64,000 nt of DNA from Torpedo marmorata (taxonomy: Eukaryota). Below the pieces are notes generated by a model. It made no database searches and was not told the DNA's origin. It worked only from the letters and a program-made list of their open reading frames with translations. Numbering within the stretch: the first letter of the stretch is position 1; each line of letters begins with the position of its first letter. The translations under genes and the position numbers were made by a program. Below are positions 23,870 to 36,055 of the stretch, piece after piece. The stretch covers positions 159,216,001 to 159,280,000 of the forward strand of contig OZ360222.1 of NCBI GenBank assembly GCA_977017645.1, in the 5' to 3' direction.

Positions 23870-26190
23870 CCACCCACACCTTAATGAGTTCCGCGCATGC
23901 CACGATGCCGAACTCTTCTTCCGTCGCCTCCGTCTCCAGGCCTACTTCCACTACAGCGACTCTCCACCCCCCACCCAAGACCCCTTCTCCCGCTTTATGC
24001 TTCCTCCTCTTGGACACCTCGTCCTGGCTAGCTGCCTGCTCTGGATCTTTTTATTTCAAATTGCCACCGAGACATCAACTGTCTCAACTTCACCCCTCCC
24101 CTCTCTTATTCCAATTTCACCTCCTCCGAACGCACTGCCCTCCGCAACAATCCCAACCTTACTATCAAACCCACAGACAAGGGTGGTGCTGTTGTGGTCT
24201 GGTGCACTGACCTCTACCTTGCCGAGGCCAGACGACAGCTCTGACACCTCCTCCTACTTACCCCACCACAGCACATCAAGCTACCGTCTCCAACACCATC
24301 TCCAACCTCATCACCTCTGGTCATCTCCCTCCCACGGCCTCCAATCTCATTGTTTCCCATTCCCGCACTGCCCGGTTCTACCTTTACCCAAAATATGTAA
24401 ACCCAATTATCCGGGTAGACCCATTGTTTCCACCTGCTCTTGCCCCTCTGAACTAGTATCGTCTTACCTCGACTCCATCTTTTCTCCCCGGTCCAATCCC
24501 TCCCCACCTACATCCATGATACCTCACATGCCCTCCATCTCTTCAATGACTTCCATTTCCCTGAACTTGACCGCCTCATTTTCACTATGGACGTCCAATC
24601 CCTTTACACCTCCTTCCTCCAAACAGAATGTCTCAAAGCCCTTCGTTTCTTTCTTGACAAGAGACCAAACCAGCCAACCTCCATGACCACCCTCCTCCGC
24701 CTGGCAGAACTTGTTCTCACTCTTAATAACTTCTCCTTTGACTCATCCCACTTTCTTCAAATCAAAGGAGTAGCCATGGGTACCCACATGGGTCCCAGCT
24801 ATGCCTGCCTGTTTGTGGGCTTTGTGGAGCAATCCATGCTGCAAGCCTACACAGGCAAGGCCCCTCAACTCTTCTCTGCTACATTGACAACTACATCTGG
24901 GCTGCCTCATGCACCCGTGATGAGCTCGTCAACTTCATTCACTTTGCTGCCAACTTCCACCCCGATCTCAAATTCACCTGTTCCATTCCGGCAACACTCT
25001 CCCCTTTCTTGATCTCTCTGTCTCCATCTCGGGAGACAAGCTTTCCACCGACATATTTTACAAACCCTTTAACTCCCACAGCTACCTTGTCTACACTTCA
25101 CACCCAGTCCCACTCTATTCCCTTCTCGCAATTTCTCTGTCTCTGCTGCATCTGTTCTCAAGATGAGGTCTTCCAGTCCAGGTCATCTGAACTGTCCGCC
25201 TTCTTCCACAAATGTGGCTTCCCCTCCACCACCATCAACTCAGCCCTTACCCGCATCTCCTCCATTTCCCGCACATCTGCCCTGGCCCCCTATGCCCCCA
25301 GACATAATAAACACAGGATTCCCCTTGTCCTTACCTACCAGCCTCTGCATCCAACACATTATCTTCTGCAATTTCTGCCACCTATAACAGGACCCCTCCA
25401 CTAAACACATCTTCCCCTCTCCGCCTTCCGTAGGGACCGCTCCCTCTGTGACTCTCTTGTCCACTCATCCCTCCCGACCAGTTGCACCCCTTGGTACTTG
25501 CCCTGTGGCCGCAGGAAGTGTCACACTTGTGCCCACACCTCCTCCCTCACCACCATCGGGGCCACAAACAGTCCTTTGAAGTGAAGCAACACTTCACTTG
25601 TGTATCCACAGGGGTTATCTACTGGATCCAGTGCTCCCTTTGTGACCTTCTCTACATCGGAGAAACTGGGAGATTGCTTTACTGAGCACCTTCACTCTGT
25701 CCAAATCAGTGACAGGGATCTCCCAGTGGCCAACCACTTCAATTCCGTGCCCCACTCTCATGCTTGCGTGTCTGCACATGGCCTCTTGTACTATCCCACC
25801 AAGACCACCCGTAAATTGGAGGAACAATACTTAATTTTCCGTCTGGGCACTCTCCAACCGGATGGCATTAACATCGACTTGTTCGGTTTCTGCTAGCCTA
25901 CTCTCTGCTCTCCGTCCTTTCCCTTTCCCTTTGTCTTCAGCTCTCCACCCCTTCCCTCTCTATTCACAGAGCCATCCCTCCTCCCCCTGCTTGCTGCTGT
26001 GCCCTCCCTTCCTTATCCATGTATTGCCTCCTGCCTTTGGGACTGTGCTCCTCCCCCTGCCCCTACCATTTTGTTAGGGTGCCTGCCCACATTTTGACTA
26101 TATCCTGAAATGTTGGTTATGTATCTTTATCTTTGCTACATAAAGTACACTGTTTGACCAGCTGAGTTTCTCCAGCATTGTGTTTTTACT
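23870..26190 (+). mobile_element. Penelope-like retroelement (RT plus GIY-YIG endonuclease), frameshifted
   Basis: LPKICKPNYPGRPIVS, MDVQSLYTS, NNFSF..QIKGVAMGT.MGPSYA, RYIDN, GVIYWIQC..CDLLYIGET, VANHFN, EQYLIFRLGTLQPDGIN; pyrimidine-rich 3' region and PLE terminus. Confidence 0.93.
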
Positions 26191-27879
26191 CTCCACCTGT
26201 GCTGCTGAAGAACTAGCCACACTTCTAGTCCAGTATTTCTGGTCATCAAATGTGAGCTATTTAAGGAGGAAGTAATGAAAGATGGAAGGTTATTGTAAAT
26301 ACCCCAATGAGTGAAGAATTGAAAACCCTGCTGTGATAAACTGCATGATAATATGGCTCCACTGTTGGAATCTCTTATGACTGCACACAAGATGGGGATG
26401 GGAAGGATAGAATTCGCACAAAAATATGGCAGAAATTCCATGTCTTCTGGAACCATTACATTTGGATCAGAGGTGAGCTTTGCAATTATCGGCTGACTCA
26501 AGCAGATTTCAAGTAAATCCACTGAATTGCCTCTGAAGACCGCATGATTAGTAATTCTTGCTTGAATCAATTAATTAACCCTTTTTTTGTATACTATTCA
26601 TTTATCTGTCCCAATGCTTTAATGCCAAGCAGTGCTAAATTATAAAATTGTGCAAGTCTTCTAACAGAACAGTCACAATATTTATTTCCCTGGAATACTG
26701 CTTATGTGGAAATCTGTGATTTCAGAAGAACTGACTCTGTCTTTCCCCTGATGAACATGGTGTGCAGGACTTGGTACAATTCAGTAATCTGGGAACTTCT
26801 GCCCTCTGTCCATCTGCTGAAGCACTGATGATCTCCCCTTGGCGTTCACCCTCCCCCTTCTCTTCCTCATCCCAATCATTGAATCAGGATTTCATGAAAA
26901 TTTCAACTTTTTTTTGTATTACAGCAAAATTTCTATTCAGTTGAATTAAGTTTTTATCCATTTTTAAATTAATTAGTTAATGCTGTAAAAATATTAAGTG
27001 AGGCATTGTTTAAACAAATAGAGTTCCTCATTCAGATCCCCCCCCCAACCAGCCTAACCGTGCCTGAAGCCATCCCTCTCATTGTAAGAGCGAAGGATAT
27101 AGCATCTCAGGTCACCACCCTGGCCAAACATTCAAAGGAGCTGTGAAGAGTTAAATAAATGAGTAAATAAACCAGAGCAATGTTCTAATACAGGATTGTA
27201 GGAGTAAACTGAGACAGCCATGCACTTGTGCCAGTCCTATATTACAACAATATTTGCACTTCAGAAAGTATTTCATTGGCTGTAAAGTAGCTTGAGATAG
27301 CAAGTGAGGCTATACAAATGCGTTTCTCTGTCATTTTTAGTTTTGAAGTATATTGAGACTATTGTTTCTGAAATAGATTTTTCTACAGGCTCTGCTGAAA
27401 TTTAATGCAGGACTGATTTGTGTGACTGCCTTTAGGAAATGTTTGGTTTCATCTTGGATTCATGTTGAAGCTTCCATTTGCAGGGAGTGCTTTCAATTGA
27501 TCAATCTGTCCAGAATTTGAGAGCCTTGCATTGTCCTTTTGTGCATTGAGTAGAAATAATTGTGAGCTGAATGTTTGATTTTTTTTTTTTTTTTGCTAGC
27601 ATTTTAATTTAAGGGAAAATTTACATTGTGTTTGAACTTCAGATTATAGACTAGAATATATAACTATTAATATTTAGGGTAAAAATAATTACATGTATTA
27701 TTTCTTCAAGTTTATTGTAGCTTAAATCTACATGAAGAAAATGCATTTGCTTTTATAAATACTAGAGATGTGACTTTTTTTACTGGAGAGTTTTATTTGG
27801 GTTTCTTCTGAAGTGTTGACAATAAAGATCTTGTCAGCAGCTGTCTTTTTTCGCAACCCAGTTTAATGTCATTGCATAA

Positions 27880-28290
27880 AGTCACGGCTCAGTTGGTGGT
27901 GCCCTTGGCTCTTGAGCCTAAGATTTGTAGGTTCAAGTCCTGCTCCACACTATGCTTGACATTTTCAGTGCTGTTCTGAGGGAGGGATGCACTGTCAAAA
28001 TTTGTTTGAATGTGATTTTATATTAAGGTCACTTCTGCCCCCACCTTGGTCTCTATGAAGGATAGCCAAGTTGACCCACAATGCCCTGGCTAATGCTTGT
28101 ATCCCTTGATGAGTGTCAGGAGGGCGGATTATCTGGTTTTAACTCCACAACACCAAGGGTGCAGTGTGCAGGTGAGCTGCTGTGTTTTATATTCTACAGT
28201 AATTACTTGTTCAGAAACTTGTATCCTATTGGCTGTAAACTGCTTTGAGATGTCATGAAAAGTGCTTTGTGAATGCAAAACTTTCCTTTT
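27880..28290 (+). mobile_element. Old tRNA-headed Deu-domain-type SINE, near full length
   Basis: GGCTCAGTTGGT A box, GGTTCAAGTCC B box, CAGTGCTGTTCTGAGGGAG, GATTATCTGG, ATTGGCTGTAAA..GCTTTGAGA tail. Confidence 0.7.
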
Positions 28291-28636
28291 GATTATACCT
28301 CCTGCCTTGTTAAAACAGGAGGATCATGACTCATGGTTACATTGTGCAGCTCTACATCCTGCGTGACTGAGCTTGGGCTGAAGGCGTCGCTGCTTCTGTG
28401 GCTGCGCAGGTGCCACGTTGGTGCAGGAGTGCTGTTCAATGTGGTGTCACTTAACGTTGGTTGGAAGTGGAAATTTGTATGTTATGTTGGTGGTATTCTG
28501 TACAAGATTGGTTATGTTGCAACAGAAGGTTCTTGCATTAGTTTGGCCTCCAGGATATTAATTAATGCTACGTTTTAGTAGTAATGTTCCTTATGGTTTG
28601 CAGGCGCAGTTGATTAACAATGGGCAATAAATGCTG

Positions 28637-28884
28637 CCCTGCACGGTTAGCCTAGTGGTTACCGCAATGCTATTACAGCACCAGTGACCCGGGTTCGAAT
28701 CCATCGCTGTCTGTAGGAAGGTTGTACGTTCTCCCCGTGTCTGCATGGGTTTCCTCTGGGCGCTACTGTTTCCTCCCACCCTTCAAAACTTTTGGGGGTT
28801 GTAGGTTAATTGGGGTACTTGGGCAGCACGGGCTCGTGGGCTGGAAGGGCCTGGTAACATGCTGTATGTCTAAATTTTTAAAAA
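28637..28884 (+). mobile_element. HE1/V-SINE-type SINE
   Basis: GGTTCGAATCC B box, V domain, GCTGTATGTCTAAATTT tail. Confidence 0.9.
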
Positions 28885-30370
28885 GCCCCCTCTTCATCTC
28901 TTTCTTCACTGACGGGTGCTAAGATGAAATTTCACATGAGCCATCATCCATTTCTTTGTCCAGTGCTTTCACTCTACCCTTCCAACTTTATTTTGTTCTG
29001 TTCTTTGAACCTTGCTAACAAGCTTTTCCCTTGCTTTTTGCAATTATCCCCTGTGAATCCCCATCTCCCTTGGAGGCAAGTCTTGCAGCTCCTCCTGCAT
29101 CTTGGCTGATGACTGCAGATGTTTATTTTTTTGGGGTGCTAATGACAATTGGAATGGAGTATGCCAAGTGGGATCTGATCAGTGAAATGCAGAGTTTCTC
29201 TGGAGGCTTCAAATGTATTTAATGAGTCTCCAGGCTCTCAGAACTGATATTTATAGTGAGCAACATTAAGCAAGCCAAGCTGTGATTTAAAAAAAATATA
29301 TAATGAAATTAGTCCAGGGGTAACTTTTTAATTGATGTTTTTTGACAAAAGGAGCTTTTTAAAGTTTGCTTTGTGTGTTTGCCGTAAGTGGAACAGAAGG
29401 AAAGATTGTATGGACAACTAAAAGCTTGGAATTGCTGTCATAAGAATTCTAATTAGCGATTTTTCTTTTTCATGCATCTCCTGCTTAAAATGATCTGATG
29501 AGGATGTCTGCAGTATTCCAGTTTCTTGGCTGCCTTTAAATTAATTAAAAAGGGGTTTTGCTGGAGGATTTCACAGGATGTCAGCTGCTTGACTCTGGGT
29601 GATGCGCTAGAGCCACCACAAAACCAGGCGCCAGGCTCCGATTTGATTCCATGGCACAGCAGGGTTTAACATTTGGCTCCCATGCAGGATGGCAGTGCTA
29701 AAGTGAGGTCAGACACTCAATAACAGGCAGCCAAAGAAAACTGAGAAGCCAAGCCTCTTGCCTGTGACTGTCCCTCGATTTTTAAATATTGCATTTTCAG
29801 AGGTGATGCCCATGGATGGAATTCTGAGGAGCAGGAAAGGGGAAGGATTTGAGAGGTGGGACAAGAGGAGGAACAGACACATTTATTGTAATTTTAGTTG
29901 AAGAAAACTTCCACAACCTGTGCTGTGAAGACAGGAAATAACAGTTGATTGATATTTATTTTAGTGGGGTTATTCCATCTGTAAGCGTGGCATTTGGACT
30001 TGGGACAAAACTCTTGCTGCCTCTGATCATCTTTGTTGCTCATCTTCTGTGACTGCTTCATGCTGGATATGGTCCCACAGAAGCCGATGGGACAACACAT
30101 GACCAGAAGTGTGTGCTGAGAGCTTTGGTTGGATTTTGTTGCTGTGTTATGGCGTCACAGCTGAATGTCGTTGTTGTCACTTATTCAAAGGAGGATCATT
30201 AGGAATTTGGGATAAAATTCTCTCAATTCTTCATTATCCCTGATATTAATTGTTATGAACTTGTGGTTGTCCTGGAAATTGAATCCAGGACACTTTTTTC
30301 CTGATTTCATCATTTATTGACCAAACAGCAATTTAACTTGCTGGTTTTCTAGTCAAAAATAAAACGGAAA

Positions 30371-30592
30371 GGGGGCACTGTTAGTGTAGCAGTTAATGCA
30401 ATGCTATTACAGCACCAGTGACCTGGGGTTGAATCTGGTTCTGTCTGATAGGAGTTTGTACGTTCTCCCCACGTCCGCATGGGTTTTCTCCCACGTTCCA
30501 AAAACGTACTGGTTTAGAAAGGTATTTGGGTGGTGCGGGCTAGAGGGCCGGAAGGGCCTGTTACCATGCTGTATCTCAAAAAATTTTAAAAA
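30371..30592 (+). mobile_element. HE1/V-SINE-type SINE
   Basis: Same diagnostic blocks with an internal deletion. Confidence 0.85.
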
Positions 30593-30594
30593 TC

Positions 30595-30990
30595 AAGAAA
30601 ATCTTAGGAAATTCCATCAAGCCAGATAGCATCTGTGTGCAGAAAAACTGAGAATGTTTCAAGTTGATGGCCTGATATCAGAACTGAGATGTGATGTAAT
30701 CGGTTTTAAGATGCAGAGAAAGTGGCAAGGGGAGAAAAGGATAAAAGGTAATGGTGTAGAAGGCAGAAAAGGTTAAACAATAAGAGAAAATGGTGTGCGT
30801 GTGGTAATGGGAACAAATGGAGATGAGTGCAAAAGGAAAAAGGCAAATCTTACTGTAATTGTCGAACACATTGTTGATTCCAGAAGTCTGTAAAGTGCTG
30901 AGATGAAAGCTGATGTACTGTTCTTCGAGCACCATTGGAATAGCGTAGGCAGCCAAGGACGGGTCAAAGTGAGGGTGCGAGTCAACAGTT
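30595..30990 (-). mobile_element. Penelope-like 3' fragment
   Basis: LEEQYISFHLSTLQTSGINNVF in ORF 30678..31052 (GIY-YIG C-terminus) and PLE terminal motif. Confidence 0.7.
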
Positions 30991-31475
30991 GAGCTTTGTG
31001 TAGTTTTTAAATTGGATGAACTTGAAGAAAAGATGCATTGAGTTTTATGCATAATGTAATTTTGTGTTTAGTGCCGACATGAATCTTTGACAAGAACCCA
31101 AGTTGCGATGGATATTTTGCACAGAGGAGATGGCTTATTTTTGGGTGTGTTTAGTGACATGTTCATCAGTTGACTGCAAGATCACAAATTCCAATTCTAA
31201 TTATGGTTTTGCATGCAATTCAACTAGTTCGAACCAGTACAGTTGCACTCTTCGTAACTTGCAGCTTTCTCCAGCTACTGATGCAAAGTTGAGATGAAAT
31301 AAACCTTGGTGTTTATAATAGCTTACACATAGCTGCTTTGCAAGCTGATACACTTCAGGCAATCTGATTTGCCTCGAGCCTCCCATGGTTCAAACAGCAT
31401 CAGTTGCCAGGAAGCAATGAATTGACCAGATGCCAGGGTAAACCCGAGTGAAGAGTTTTGGTGGACTCTGTAGAT

Positions 31476-34400
31476 GAATCAAGATTTAATTTATTGTCAT
31501 GGTAATAAGACAGTGTCATATTCCATGAAATTCCTTTTTGCCTGCTGCAAGGCAGACAGATTCGCCACCGGCAGAAATTCAGAATCAGAATTTATTGTCA
31601 TGAACAAGTCATGAAATTCGGTGTTTTGCGGCAGCATCATAGTGCAATTAACATTCATATTAACCATCTAACGACATTACTATAAAAAAAATTATAAACA
31701 ATAGTGCACGAAAAGTAAGGCAGTGTCTTTGGTTCATTGATTATTCAGGAATCTGATGGCAGCGGGGAAGAAGCTGTCCTTGTGCCGTTGAGTGCTCGTC
31801 TTTAGGCTCCTGTACCTTTTTCCCGATGGAAGAAGAGAGAAGAGGGAATGGCCTGGGTGGTGGGGGTCCTTGAGGATAGAGGCTGCTTTTTTAAGACACC
31901 GCCTCATGTAGATGTCCTCGATGGAGTGAAGTTTGGTGCCTGTGATGTCACAGGCTGAGTTAACAACCTTCTGGAGTTTACTCTTGTCCTGGGAGTTGGT
32001 GCCTCCATACCAGGCAGTGATGCAACCAGCCAGAATGCTCTCCAAGGTACACCTGTAGAAGTTTACGAGAGTCTTTGGTTACATACCGAATCTCCGCAAA
32101 CACCTTACAAAGTATAGCCGCTGACGAGCCTTCTTTGTGATTGTATCCACGTGGTTGCTCCAGGACAGATCCTCGGAGATGTTGACACCCAGGAATTTGA
32201 AGTTCTTGACCCTCTCCACGACTGAGCCTTCGATGAGGACTGGGTCGTGTTCCCCTGACTTCCTCCTGAAGTCCACAATCATCTCCTTGGTTTTACTGAC
32301 GTTGAGCTCAAGGTTGTTGCCATTACACCATTCAACGAGCTGATCTATCTCCCTCCTGTACGCTTCCTCATTGCCGTTTGTTATTCTGCCGACAACTGTG
32401 GTGTCATCGGCAAACTTGTATATAGCATTGGAATTGTGCCTGGCCACACAGTCATGAGTGTATAACGAGTAGAGCAGTGGACTAAGCACGCATCCTTGGG
32501 GTGCGCCTGTGTTGATAATCAGTGAGGAGGAGACGTTGTTTCCAATTCGTACTGACTGTGGTCTTCCGATGAGAAAGTCAAGGATCCAGTTGCATAGTGG
32601 GGTACAGAGGCCTAGCGTTTGTAGCTTCTTGATCAGCACTGAGGGAATAATGGTATTGAAGGCCGAGCTGTAGTCGATGAAGAGCAACCGTATGTATGAA
32701 TTGCTGTTTTCGAGGTGGTCCAGAGCTGAGTGGAGAGCCAGCGATATTGCATCTGCTGTGGAGCGATTGTGGTGATAGGCGAATTGCAGTGGGTCCAGAT
32801 CTTTGCTTAGGTATGTGTTAATTCTGGCCATGACCAGCCTCTCAAAGCATTTCATCACAGTAGAAGTTAGTGCTACTGGGCGGTAGTCGTTGAGGCAGCT
32901 CACACTACACTTCTTGGGTACTGGGATGATTGATGCCCTTTTGAAGCAGGTGGGAACCTCTGACTGCCGCAATGAGAGGTTGAAAATGTCCGTGAACACT
33001 CCGGCTAGTTGGTTGGCGCAGATTTTCAATACCCTGCCAGGTACACCGTCAGGGCCTGACACCTTGCGAGGGTTCACCCTCTTGAATGATGTTCTGACGT
33101 CGCCCTCAGAGACAGATATCATAGGGTCCTCAGCCTTTTCAGGGAATCTAGTAGGCACTGTTTTGTTCTTCTTCTCAAAGTGGGCATAGAAGGTGTTCGG
33201 CTGATCGGGTAGTGAAGCATCACAGCCGTCTATAGTGTTCGCCCTCGCTTTGTAGGCTGTAATGGCCTGCACTCCCTGCCATAGCTAGCGTGTATCTGTC
33301 TCTGTCTCTAGCTTCCTCCGGAATTGCCACTTTGCTTCAGAGATGGCCTTCCGCAGGTCGTGCCTGGACTTTTTGTAAAGATCCCGGTCCCCGGCCTTAA
33401 ACGCCCTTGTTCTCGTCCTCAGCAGGTTGCGAATTCTCTGATTCATCCAGGGCTTCTGGTTGGGGAACACCCGGTATTTGCGTGTGGGCACACACTCATC
33501 CACGCAGGTTTTGATGAAGTCGGTGACACCTGTTGCATATTTATTTAGGTCTATGGCTGAGTCCACCGATTCAAAGCAGTCCTGCAGACGCTCCTCCACC
33601 TCCCTCGACCATACTTTCGCCGTCCTCACCACTGGTGCTGTGGTCTTCAGTCTCTGCTTGTACGCCGGGAGTAGAAGTACAGCCAGGTGATCAGACTTGC
33701 CGAAGTGCGGCCGTGGTATGGCTCGGTATGCGTTCTTCACGGTGGTGTAGCAGTGGTCGAGTGTGTTGGTTCCCCTGGTCTCGCAAGTGATGTGTTGGTG
33801 GTAGTTTGTCAGTGACTTCTTCAGATTGGCCTGATTGAAGTCTCCCACAATGATCGGGAAGGCATCAGGATGTGCTGTCTCATGGCTGTTTATCACAGTG
33901 CTCAGTCCCTCCAGTGCCAGCCTGACATTAGCCTGGGGCGGAATGTACACTGCGACCAGGATGATGGCGGTGAACTCCTTCTGCAGATAGAATGGGCGAC
34001 TCTTGATTGCCAGATGTTCCAGGTCAGGGGAGCAGGACTAAGCGCCTCTAACATTCCTTACAGTCAGAGAAAGAGAAGCAAAAGAGAGTCCCCCCAGAGT
34101 TACCGAGTGTCCGTAGATTCGCCTCCAGCGTTTCCGCAGCTTCCGCAGCCACACAGAGTCCAATCCAAACGATCGGCAACCTGAGCTCCAGATACGAACC
34201 TTCGACACGGTCAGGGCGCCCTCGGCACCCCCTCGCTTCCCGGTTCCGATACCTGGTACTCCTCCAGCCAGATCGAGCCAGCCTTCAGCAGTCCGCAGCC
34301 TGGCGTGAGTCTCCCGACAGCAGTCTCCGGCAGCCCACAGCCTCCGCGGGTTCCTCGCCTCGAGTCGCCAGCAGCCCGCCGCATGCACTGGTCCTTCAGC

Positions 34401-34785
34401 CTCAGAGCCCCTCACCGGTCCGCCGCCGTGGTCACCGTCCCGTGGGTCGTCTCCTCCGCTTCTCCTTCTCAGACAGGGGTGATCTTCCCGTCCTCTGGTG
34501 CCCTGCTCCAGTCCTACGCTTCCCCAGAGTCTGCAGACCCTCGTGGCTGCTGCCGGTTAAAAGGCGCTGCTACCTTAGGCGCAGACCCCGCGGTCGCGGG
34601 ATTGTAAATAAAACCACCGTCGGCTCCCTCAACGGGCCGTTCAAAGCCCGAGCGCAACCGACGGCAGTCGACTTGGTTGGACCCCGCGGGAGCGCTGTAT
34701 CTCCGCTCCGCTCCCACGCTCCGCGGGTCCGCACCAGCGGCAGTGCTGCCATTACAGCGGCTCCAGCGCCGCCATCCTGCCCACA
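31476..34785 (-). mobile_element. Non-autonomous CpG-rich retroelement (about 850 bp: 34038-34785 plus 31476-31578) split by a Rex1 insertion
   Basis: 5' end GATGGCGGCG; no TE coding motifs; 3' piece TCTGTCTGCCTT..GAATTTCATG..GACAATAAA..TCTTGATTC aligns with the 5S-SINE tail across the junction. Confidence 0.65.
31579..34037 (-). mobile_element. Young Rex1/Babar LINE (partial APE endonuclease plus RT), 5'-truncated
   Basis: ORFs 33285..33950 (VGDFN, TLDHCY, SDH), 32079..33272 ([30 protein letters not shown]) and 31734..32045 share one frame with two stops; (TTCTGA)n tail. Confidence 0.96.
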
Positions 34786-35439
34786 TATTCTAGCAGGGTT
34801 TACGGCATCAGCAGTGTTGGTGATTTGGACTGGAATTCCTGAACTTCTGTTTTCCTGTTTGGTTACGTTGATATCAATTATGATGTACCCTTGCTTGTTT
34901 CCTGTAAGTCACCCAACCCCCAGACTTGGATCAGTGTCTTTGCTCTATTCTTCATTTCTGCAGAGTTAAAAATTTGGAACTATCAACATGAAACATTTTG
35001 GAAAGGCCATCACTGCACATATTTCAGTGAGTGAAGAACATGCCCACTACCACTTTATCAAATGGCCAGGGTGGTAAATAGCAACCTTGCCCATGATACC
35101 ACCTTGCAGAACTCTCCAGCCATTGAGTGTATAATTTAAGTCTGTGGGCATCTTGCAGTAGCTCGGGAATTAGATTATACATTTTACTGAAGCTTGTGTG
35201 CCAAGATCTCGCTATGGACTGATTGGCGATAGGGGACAGACTGCTCTGTGGAATGGTGTACTGATTCAACAATTATCATTTCATCCATCGTAAAAACAAT
35301 CTTTTTAAGTGAGTAGCTAAATGCATAACTAATACAGTTTTTATAATCTACTTGTGTTGGAAGATTCCATTGCATAAGAATACAGTTCAATATGTGTAAT
35401 AAAATGCCTCAAACAACATGTGCCTTGACTGCTCTCTCC

Positions 35440-35768
35440 AGAACCTCATCAACGAACATTAGCTGACGTTGTGTATGGAAATGCACCAGCCATTTCACGC
35501 ACAGGAATATTCAGAGTTTGCAATGAGAAATGTTGGTTGATAGAGGAATGTCGTTTTTTGAATAGGGCCCACCATTCTAGCTTCAGGATTCGACTAAGCC
35601 AGCAGTATGGACAGAATCTGTTCTGTTGCTCACTTGAAGGGCAAAACCTCAAACAATTTCACTCTTCCTCAAAACTGTGCTGAAGTGCCAAGCCTAGATT
35701 ATGTGCTGAAGTTGAACTCTTAAATTCAGTTCAGGAGTTTGGGAGTGCTGCCAACTGAGATGAACTAA
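35440..35768 (-). mobile_element. Old Deu-domain-type SINE
   Basis: GAAGTGCCAAGCCTAGATTATGTGCT..GAGTGCTGCCAACTGAG matches the reverse complement of the head of 27880-28290. Confidence 0.55.
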
Positions 35769-35769
35769 C

Positions 35770-36055
35770 ATGGAACATTACAGGCCCTTTGGCCTACGAT
35801 GTTGTGCCGACCCATATATACCTTCCAAAAAAAACAAAACTCTCCCAATCTCATAATCCTCTATTTTCCTTTCATCCATGTGCCTGTCTAAGAGTCTCTT
35901 AAATGCCCCTATTGTTCCAGCCTCCACCACCAACCCTGGCAATACATTCCAGGCACCCAAAACTCTGTGTAAAATTTTTTTTAAAAACACAAAAAAACTT
36001 ACCCCTGATGTCTGCCCTAAACTTTCCTCCCTTCACTTTGTTTGTACAGATGTCA
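35770..36055 (-). mobile_element. CR1 3' fragment
   Basis: ORF 35778..35990 HRVLGAWNVLPGLVVEAGTIGAFKRLLDRHM plus tail. Confidence 0.88.

Noticed and set aside
21903-24210. Long Pro/Arg/Gly-rich ORFs on both strands
   Set aside because: Stop-poor GC-rich arrays and out-of-frame Penelope sequence
26136-26570. 144-aa minus-strand ORF
   Set aside because: No recognisable domain, non-ATG start, ends inside a Penelope terminus
34038-34969. CpG-island promoter or host ORFs
   Set aside because: Better explained as the GC-rich body of a non-autonomous retroelement; the peptides are low-information
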